Shown piece after piece: positions 25,690 to 30,426 of a DNA stretch of 44,116 bases. The notes beneath the pieces are model-generated. The model was given only the letters and a program-made list of their open reading frames with translations. It was not told the DNA's origin and did not search any database. Each line of letters opens with the position of its first letter. Positions within the stretch are counted from its first letter, which is position 1. A program made the translations under genes and the position numbers. Source of the DNA: a virus; the IMG/VR virus record IMGVR_UViG_3300028585_000007, one strand, 5' to 3'.

Positions 25690-25974
25690 TTAGTCGTTGT
25701 ACAGCTTGGACTGGATCCCTCGCACGACCATGCTGAGGTGTCGGCGCGTTGTGACGCTGGTCGAGTGCGGGAACAGAACCATCCAGGTGCCCTCGCCGGG
25801 CGCGTCGAGGTCGGGTTGGAAGATCGCTATGACTGTGCTGTACGAGGTGACCTGCAGCTGCTCGTAGTCGGCGTCGTCGGGCGTCATCCACTCTGCCCGT
25901 AGGTTACCCGCGTCGAACGGGATGTTCTTGCGGATCAGCTCGGGGACGTCGGACTGGTACACTTTGCCGGACAT
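25690..25974 (-). CDS. Hypothetical protein (94 aa); the only minus-strand gene
   Basis: ATG at 25974 is preceded by AAGGAGCAGTAC on the minus strand; the upstream extension of the track ORF covers its own promoter. Confidence 0.65.
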   Translation of the reverse strand: MSGKVYQSDVPELIRKNIPFDAGNLRAEWMTPDDADYEQLQVTSYSTVIAIFQPDLDAPGEGTWMVLFPHSTSVTTRRHLSMVVRGIQSKLYND

Positions 25975-26022
25975 GTACTGCTCCTTGTTGTCTGCGCGCG
26001 CCGTGTGCGCGCGTCTGCCACG

Positions 26023-26052
26023 AGTATACCACACATATTGCCCGTGCCGCAA
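26023..26052 (-). promoter_or_regulatory. Minus-strand promoter of the same family
   Basis: The reverse complement reads TTGCGG - 18 nt - TGG-TATACT; a leader hairpin GCGCGC/GCGCGC lies at 25994-26012. Confidence 0.65.
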
Positions 26053-26086
26053 GCAGGTCCACGACACGCCCGGGCTGCACGGGGAC

Positions 26087-26115
26087 TTGCGGACTCAGAG
26101 AGGGCGTGGTATACT
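26087..26115 (+). promoter_or_regulatory. Promoter divergent from the minus-strand one
   Basis: ACTTGCGG (-35 at 26087-26092), 17-nt spacer, TGG-TATACT ending at 26115; leader hairpin at 26127-26143. Confidence 0.65.
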
Positions 26116-26164
26116 AGTTGTAGACAGGGTGGAGGTACCGCCCGCAGAGAACCAGGAGCACACC

Positions 26165-26557
26165 ATGACTGAGAACACCGTCACCCTCGCCAACTGCAAG
26201 TGCGGCTGCAAGCAGCAGGTCGGAAGCGTCGACAGCTTCTACCGCCCCGGCCACGACGCCCGCCACGCTGGAGACGTCGCCCGCAGCATCCTCGACGACG
26301 GCGACCGCAAGCACCTCGACGCGCTCCCCACGGACGCACTCAAGGCCAAGTCCGAGGCCCTCGCGGTGAAGTGGATGACCGCCGCCGAGGCCAAGGCCGC
26401 GAAGAAGGCCGAACGCGAGGCAGCCAAGGTCGCCAAGGAGGCCGAGGCCAAGGGCGAGCAGCCCGAGGCCCCCAACAAGACCCGCGCCCGCCGCGAGCTG
26501 GCGAGCATGAAGGAGCGGTCCGAGAAGGCAGCTGAGAAGGCCGGTGCGACCAAGTGA
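26165..26557 (+). CDS. CxCxC-PGHDAR protein with an Ala/Lys/Glu-rich tail (paralog family member 1)
   Basis: C11-K-C-G-C...FYRPGHDARH (aa 26-34); the tail is AAEAKAAKKAEREAAKVAKEAEAK. Confidence 0.7.
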   Translation: MTENTVTLANCKCGCKQQVGSVDSFYRPGHDARHAGDVARSILDDGDRKHLDALPTDALKAKSEALAVKWMTAAEAKAAKKAEREAAKVAKEAEAKGEQPEAPNKTRARRELASMKERSEKAAEKAGATK

Positions 26558-26706
26558 TGACGGTCTACGGGTACCGGTTCAACTCGACGTCCCCCGTGGT
26601 CTGGACTGACTGGACCAGCGAGGAAGCTATCGCCATGGCCAAGCAGCACAACCTGATGATCGTCGCCCAGGAGCAGGCCGCGCTCCGGATCGTGAGCATC
26701 CGATGA
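26557..26706 (+). CDS. Small ORF (49 aa), not in the track
   Basis: ATG 26557 overlaps TGA 26555-26557, and its TGA 26704-26706 overlaps the next ATG 26703. Confidence 0.55.
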   Translation: MTVYGYRFNSTSPVVWTDWTSEEAIAMAKQHNLMIVAQEQAALRIVSIR

Positions 26707-26891
26707 GGTTCCGCACAGGGTTCCAAGTCCAGGTGAAGATCAGCAGCGCCGTCTGGTGGACGGTCAAGGAGGTCGACGGTGTCGCAGCGAGTGCAAGGAT
26801 CGCAGAAGAAACAGCCCAAGACGAGCGGCGAGATGTCAGGGTGGTTAGCCGCGAGGGTAAGGTGACCCACAAGATCGTCCAGTCGAAGTAA
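26703..26891 (+). CDS. Hypothetical protein (62 aa)
   Basis: Track ORF with ATGA coupling. Confidence 0.6.
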   Translation: MRFRTGFQVQVKISSAVWWTVKEVDGVAASARIAEETAQDERRDVRVVSREGKVTHKIVQSK

Positions 26892-26900
26892 CACCCAGGA

Positions 26901-26923
26901 AGCCCCGGACTTGCGCCGGGGCT
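26901..26923 (+). terminator. Hairpin terminator whose loop carries the next promoter's -35
   Basis: AGCCCCGG / CCGGGGCT, 8-bp perfect stem. Confidence 0.65.
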
Positions 26924-26940
26924 AACCTGTGTGGTATACT
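26911..26940 (+). promoter_or_regulatory. Promoter of the family
   Basis: TTGCGC 26911-26916, 18-nt spacer, TGG-TATACT ending at 26940; leader hairpin GGGCGG-AGAG-CCGCCC at 26952-26967. Confidence 0.65.
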
Positions 26941-26988
26941 AGGTGTAGACAGGGCGGAGAGCCGCCCGCAGAGCACAAGGAGCAGAGC

Positions 26989-27240
26989 ATGGACGAGAAG
27001 CCCAACACCAAGACCAGCACCCTGATCGAGTTCATAGAAACCGAAGTGGTGCGCGAGTTCGTCGAAGTCATGGGTTACAACGAGGAAGACTTCGAAGAGA
27101 CCGACCTCATCCACGTGACCATGTTCTACACCCACCGCATGACCAAGCAGGGGTGGACCCTGGAGCAGCTGCGAGAGGTGAAGTGGGACGCGGACACCTG
27201 GAAGCAGGTGCTCAACTGGGGCGAGGGGTACAGCGCATGA
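26989..27240 (+). CDS. Hypothetical acidic protein (83 aa)
   Basis: ATG 26989 follows AAGGAGCAGAGC. Confidence 0.65.
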   Translation: MDEKPNTKTSTLIEFIETEVVREFVEVMGYNEEDFEETDLIHVTMFYTHRMTKQGWTLEQLREVKWDADTWKQVLNWGEGYSA

Positions 27241-27548
27241 CCGAGGAGCAGAAGGCAGCAGAGGTCGCGGACCGCGAGCGCCGACTCGAAGAGAACCACG
27301 GGATGATGCCCGAAGAACACGAACCGAAGGAGAAGACTCCCCCGCCTGGCCGTGGCGAAAAGGGCTACGACCCCAACCTCCAGGCGAAGCCGAAGCCATG
27401 GCCGATGGGACGGGTGCTCGCGGTCGCGGCAGTGCTGGCGGGACTGATACTGGGCCTGGCCAACTGCCAGGGATGGAACTACCAAGACACCCCGCCCGTG
27501 GGCGACACGCAACAGACCATAGATTGCGAACTGAGGGGGATGTGCTGA
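27237..27548 (+). CDS. Membrane-anchored protein (one internal TM)
   Basis: ATGA overlap; GRVLAVAAVLAGLILGLA. Confidence 0.6.
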   Translation: MTEEQKAAEVADRERRLEENHGMMPEEHEPKEKTPPPGRGEKGYDPNLQAKPKPWPMGRVLAVAAVLAGLILGLANCQGWNYQDTPPVGDTQQTIDCELRGMC

Positions 27549-27564
27549 GGGAGGGATAAAGACA

Positions 27565-27605
27565 AGGATAGATAGGGATAGAGATAGGGATAGATATAGG
27601 TATAG
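27565..27605. repeat. Tandem hexamer array NNATAG (GGATAG ATAG GGATAG AGATAG GGATAG ATATAG GTATAG)
   Basis: GATAG at 27567, 27571, 27577, 27583 and 27589, then TATAG at 27595 and 27601. Confidence 0.9.
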
Positions 27606-27633
27606 TACCCGACACGCCCGGGCTTCACGTGGC

Positions 27634-27663
27634 TTGTGCTGGGGCGAACTGATCTGATAGACT
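27634..27663 (+). promoter_or_regulatory. Promoter of the family
   Basis: CTTGTGC (-35 at 27634-27639), 18-nt spacer, TGA-TAGACT ending at 27663. Confidence 0.6.
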
Positions 27664-27720
27664 AGCTCTTGCACAGGTGACGAGTACCTCCTGGATCGGG
27701 ACGCACGGCACGACGCACGA

Positions 27721-27752
27721 CCCCCAACCCTCATTGCTCCGAGGGTTGGGGG
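27721..27752 (+). promoter_or_regulatory. Leader hairpin upstream of the HNH gene
   Basis: CCCCCAACCCTC / GAGGGTTGGGGG, 12-bp perfect stem, 8-nt loop. Confidence 0.55.
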
Positions 27753-27777
27753 TCGACCTGTACCCGGGGGTGACAAG

Positions 27778-28062
27778 ATGAGCGCCACTAGCGCCCGCAG
27801 CCGACGCTACCGCCAGATCTTCAAGGCGGAAAAGGAACGGTGCCGCACGACTGGCGGCAAGTGCTGGATCTGCCACCGCAAGATCGACTGCTCAATACCG
27901 AGCGTCGAGAAGTGGGGATTCAGCCTGGACCACGTAGACCCGACGGTGTTCGGCGGCGACCTGGAGCGACTGGCCAACCTCAAGTGGGCACACAAGCGGT
28001 GCAACAGCAGGCGAGGCGACGGTACGAACAAGAACGTACTGATCACCAGCCGCAAGTGGTAA
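27778..28062 (+). CDS. HNH endonuclease
   Basis: CWICHRKID ... SLDHVDP ... WAHKRCNSRRG (HNH His/Asn/His plus zinc Cys pairs). Confidence 0.85.
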   Translation: MSATSARSRRYRQIFKAEKERCRTTGGKCWICHRKIDCSIPSVEKWGFSLDHVDPTVFGGDLERLANLKWAHKRCNSRRGDGTNKNVLITSRKW

Positions 28063-28089
28063 GAAAAAAGAAATAATAAAAAATAAAAT
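28061..28089. other. Extreme A-rich tract
   Basis: aagaaaaaagaaataataaaaaataaaat in an otherwise GC-rich genome. Confidence 0.9.
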
Positions 28090-28115
28090 GGCCCGGCTTA
28101 AAATGGCCCGGCTTC
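28089..28115. repeat. Two more copies of TGGCCCGGCTT(C/A)
   Basis: Copies at 28089 and 28104. The surrounding AAAATGGCCCGGCTT.AAAATGGCCCGGCTTCGA nearly matches 25503-25537. Confidence 0.95.
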
Positions 28116-28154
28116 GAACGGTCTTCTTGCCAATCTCCACTCAGCCGGGTCGAG

Positions 28155-28168
28155 ACAACATATGTTGT
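28155..28168. repeat. Perfect 14-bp palindrome ACAACATATGTTGT flanked by direct CCGG(G)TCGAG
   Basis: Read directly; the flanking repeats are at 28145-28154 and 28173-28181. Confidence 0.9.
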
Positions 28169-28228
28169 TGGGCCGGTCGAGTCAGTGACTCCCAGCTGGC
28201 ATTCAGCTAAGGCTCAGCAAGCTCAGGG

Positions 28229-28257
28229 TTGCGCCGACGCCCGCGATGTGGTACAAT
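28229..28257 (+). promoter_or_regulatory. Promoter (upstream of two tandem promoters)
   Basis: TTGCGC 28229-28234, 17-nt spacer, TGG-TACAAT ending at 28257. Confidence 0.6.
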
Positions 28258-28353
28258 CGCGCGCCCGCGCCCGCTCGCGCCGCGCGGACAGAGAGGTCCG
28301 GCGACACTCAGCGAACTCACAGCAACCCGTTATCAGCTAGTTATCTCCCGGAC

Positions 28354-28382
28354 TTGCGCGGTGGTCCCCGGGGTGATAGACT
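28354..28382 (+). promoter_or_regulatory. Promoter (proximal)
   Basis: ACTTGCGC (-35 at 28354-28359), 17-nt spacer, TGA-TAGACT ending at 28382; leader hairpin CGAGGG-ACAGG-CCCTCG at 28398-28414. Confidence 0.65.
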
Positions 28383-28437
28383 GGTGGTACACCGGATCGA
28401 GGGACAGGCCCTCGGCAGGACACCACAGGAGCACACA

Positions 28438-28782
28438 ATGGCCACCACCGCCCGCACCCCCCGCAAGACCGCCGCCACCAAGACCGCCGCGAAGACCCCC
28501 GCGACCGCCCCCGCCGCCGCCCAGTGCCTGTGCGGCTGCGGCCTCCGAGTCGCCCCCCGCCGCTCGTGGCTCCCGGGTCACGACGCCCGCGCCGCTGGCG
28601 TCGCCGCCCGCGCCGCACTCACCGGGGACACAGCAGCCATTCAGGCGCTCCCCAGCGAGGCCCTCCGCACCAAGGCCGCCAACCTGGCAGCCCGCTGGGA
28701 GGCCGCTGCGAAGGACAAGGCCGACCGCGCCGCCGAGCGCGCCGCCGCCCGCGAGGCGAAGCTCGCAGCCGCCGCCAAGTAG
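28438..28782 (+). CDS. CxCxC-PGHDAR protein with an Ala/Lys/Thr-rich N-terminal tail (paralog family member 2)
   Basis: N-terminus TARTPRKTAATKTAAKTPATAPAAA, then C30-L-C-G-C...WLPGHDARA (aa 44-52); clear paralog of 26165-26557. Confidence 0.7.
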   Translation: MATTARTPRKTAATKTAAKTPATAPAAAQCLCGCGLRVAPRRSWLPGHDARAAGVAARAALTGDTAAIQALPSEALRTKAANLAARWEAAAKDKADRAAERAAAREAKLAAAAK

Positions 28783-28823
28783 ACTCACAGCTGAGTCACA
28801 GCAAGCCGTTACAGACCCGTTAT

Positions 28824-28852
28824 CGGCGGGGGGGTTGCGAGACCCCCCGCCG
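28824..28852 (+). terminator. Hairpin terminator whose loop carries the next promoter's -35
   Basis: CGGCGGGGGG / CCCCCCGCCG, 10-bp perfect stem. Confidence 0.65.
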
Positions 28853-28864
28853 GTATGGTAGACT
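28835..28864 (+). promoter_or_regulatory. Promoter of the family
   Basis: TTGCGA 28835-28840, 18-nt spacer, TGG-TAGACT ending at 28864. Confidence 0.6.
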
Positions 28865-28915
28865 GGTGTTAACAGATCGGGGGAGCCCCCCCGGCAGGAC
28901 GCAAGGAGTAAGACC

Positions 28916-29137
28916 ATGAGCCCCCAGACCATCGCGAACGCCCTGATCCACGCGATCCAGGACTACGAACGAGACGGCGGCGACAGCCCGCTCCTCGACA
29001 CGGCTGTGACGGAGCTGAAAGACCTCTGGAACGAAGCTATGGACAACCTGGACGCCGACGCCACGCGCGACGCCCACGCGACAGTGATCATGGCCCTCGG
29101 CATCGAGGCCGTCGACGCGTACGGGATCGACGCGTGA
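28916..29137 (+). CDS. Hypothetical acidic protein (73 aa)
   Basis: ATG follows AAGGAGTAAGACC. Confidence 0.65.
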   Translation: MSPQTIANALIHAIQDYERDGGDSPLLDTAVTELKDLWNEAMDNLDADATRDAHATVIMALGIEAVDAYGIDA

Positions 29138-29379
29138 GCGCCGTCCGCCGCGTCGCGGCCTCCGTCGCCGTCGCCGCCGTCCTCGCAGCCGGGATCACCG
29201 GTCTCCTCACGTCCGCTCCCGTCGAGTCCGTCGACGGGCCGTCCGCCCCCGTCTCCGAGTCGATCCCCCGATGCCACCACGACGACTACAACGACGGCAG
29301 CCAGGACCGATGCTTCACAGTCAACGTCCAGACGGGACAGATCCTCGTCATCGACAGTTCGGATGAGGTCATCAGCTAA
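29134..29379 (+). CDS. Secreted or membrane protein (N-terminal signal/anchor)
   Basis: GTGA overlap; VAASVAVAAVLAAGITGLL. Confidence 0.6.
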   Translation: MSAVRRVAASVAVAAVLAAGITGLLTSAPVESVDGPSAPVSESIPRCHHDDYNDGSQDRCFTVNVQTGQILVIDSSDEVIS

Positions 29380-29398
29380 CATACAGCGGAGACACAGC

Positions 29399-29429
29399 GA
29401 CCCCCACCCCCACTCGCGGGGTGGGGGTC
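29399..29429 (+). terminator. Hairpin terminator ending the small-gene region
   Basis: GACCCCCACCCC / GGGGTGGGGGTC, 12-bp perfect stem, 7-nt loop. Confidence 0.7.
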
Positions 29430-29539
29430 AGCCGTGTCCCATCCAGAACACAGGATACACACAGACACGACCCAGTGGACGTACAGCTAGGACTCAGTTC
29501 CCACGCTGTCCGTCCGCTGGGTCGCAGTTGTGTTCGCGC

Positions 29540-29900
29540 TGTGCGTTCGCTGGTCGTTAGCTGAACGTGAGTTGGACGTCGTACTACCGATCGGATCTGA
29601 GTCCCGACCGTACGTCACCTGAACGTGAGCTGGGCGTGGTACTACCGACCCCATCTGCACGTGGACTGTACGTTGTCTGAATGCGGGCTGTGCGTGCGGT
29701 CACTGACCGCGGACCGTACGTCCGCTGAGTGTGGGCTGTGGGTTGGCTGATTGCGAGCTGCGTTCGCTTAGCTGTGAGTTGGGTGTGTGCAGTCTGTGAA
29801 TCCCCCGTGTGGGTTCTGTGCGTTCGCTTTGCTTTTGCTGAGTTCGTTCTACTGAGTTTCCGCTGTGTGTTTGCTGAATGCGCGTTGGGTGTGACCTGGG
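29540..29900. repeat. Array of degenerate ~50-58-bp direct repeats in a GT-skewed non-coding region upstream of terS
   Basis: CTGAACGTGAGTTGGACGTCGTACTACCGA (29561-29590) matches 29619-29648 at 26/30. GACCGTACGTC occurs at 29606 and 29712. (G)TGCGTTCGCT occurs at 29541, 29759 and 29818. There are many CTGA(A/G)NGNG(A/G)GCTG cores. Confidence 0.85.
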
Positions 29901-29988
29901 TGACCCAATACCCGGGGGATAACCCGAAAAGAAGCGCGCGCGGCTGACCCCCTGGGAGGGAGCCTTTCTCTCCCCGATAGCTGTTGAA

Positions 29989-30426
29989 ATGGTTGGAGGT
30001 CAAACCTTGGCTGGTCCCAGTGCAGGTTCATTTAACCTTGGCCCCCGAGGCAAACATCTTTACAAAGAGATGCACCGAACGTACAACTTCGACCCCATCC
30101 AGCAGGAGCTGTTGGTCGAGGCTTGCCGCATCGCGGACACTCTCGAAGAACTCAATAAGATGATGACAGGCGACAAGTCGGCCTGGATGTGGATCAAGAT
30201 GCCACGCAACGCCGACGAGCTGATCCTGAACATCGACGACGTGGCCAACCAACGACGACAGTTGCAGTTGGCCTTCAAGACCATCACTGCAACCTTGACC
30301 GTGGCCGGGGAGGGAGCGGGCCGAAAGGACGTACCCAGTGACCCTGTTGATGACATCACCCGAAGGCGCGAGGCTCGCATCGCTGAGAGACGAGCAGGGC
30401 GTGCTGTGGGGGAGCCAAACTCCTAG
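29989..30426 (+). CDS. terS: Terminase small subunit
   Basis: LGPRGKHLYKEM...FDPIQQELLVEACRIADTLEELN resembles actinophage/P27-type TerS; immediately upstream of TerL. TTG 30007 after GGAGG 29995-29999 is an alternative start. Confidence 0.65.
   Translation: MVGGQTLAGPSAGSFNLGPRGKHLYKEMHRTYNFDPIQQELLVEACRIADTLEELNKMMTGDKSAWMWIKMPRNADELILNIDDVANQRRQLQLAFKTITATLTVAGEGAGRKDVPSDPVDDITRRREARIAERRAGRAVGEPNS

Noticed and set aside
25354-25736. Plus-strand ORFs 25354-25647 and 25506-25736 covering the TGGCCCGGCTTC repeats
   Set aside because: They are generated by the repeats themselves (repeated MARL/WPGF peptides). They overlap a gene end and a terminator, and they lack SD sequences.
27237-27548. 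Lipoprotein call based on LGLANC
   Set aside because: The Cys-containing string is ~75 aa from the N-terminus, is not preceded by a signal peptide, and Asn at -1 is atypical for a lipobox. It is called only as a membrane-anchored protein.
28229-28861. 210-aa Pro/Arg/Ala-rich ORF and the N-terminal extension 28246-28437 of the PGHDAR gene
   Set aside because: The first is an alternative frame of a supported gene with low-complexity content. The second would start inside the -10 of the 28229-28257 promoter and read through the second promoter and leader hairpin.
29540-29900. Possible CRISPR array (also considered for 25466-25534)
   Set aside because: The repeats are degenerate, of unequal length and contiguous, with no unique spacers of regular size. 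No cas genes are present except a Cas4-family nuclease in a replication/recombination context.
29584-30003. Minus-strand ORF (139 aa, T/H/Q/R repeats) and plus-strand ORF 29729-29947 in the terS-upstream region
   Set aside because: Their composition follows directly from the GT/AC skew. GC3 is far below that of the real genes. There are no start signals, and the sequences are low-complexity products.
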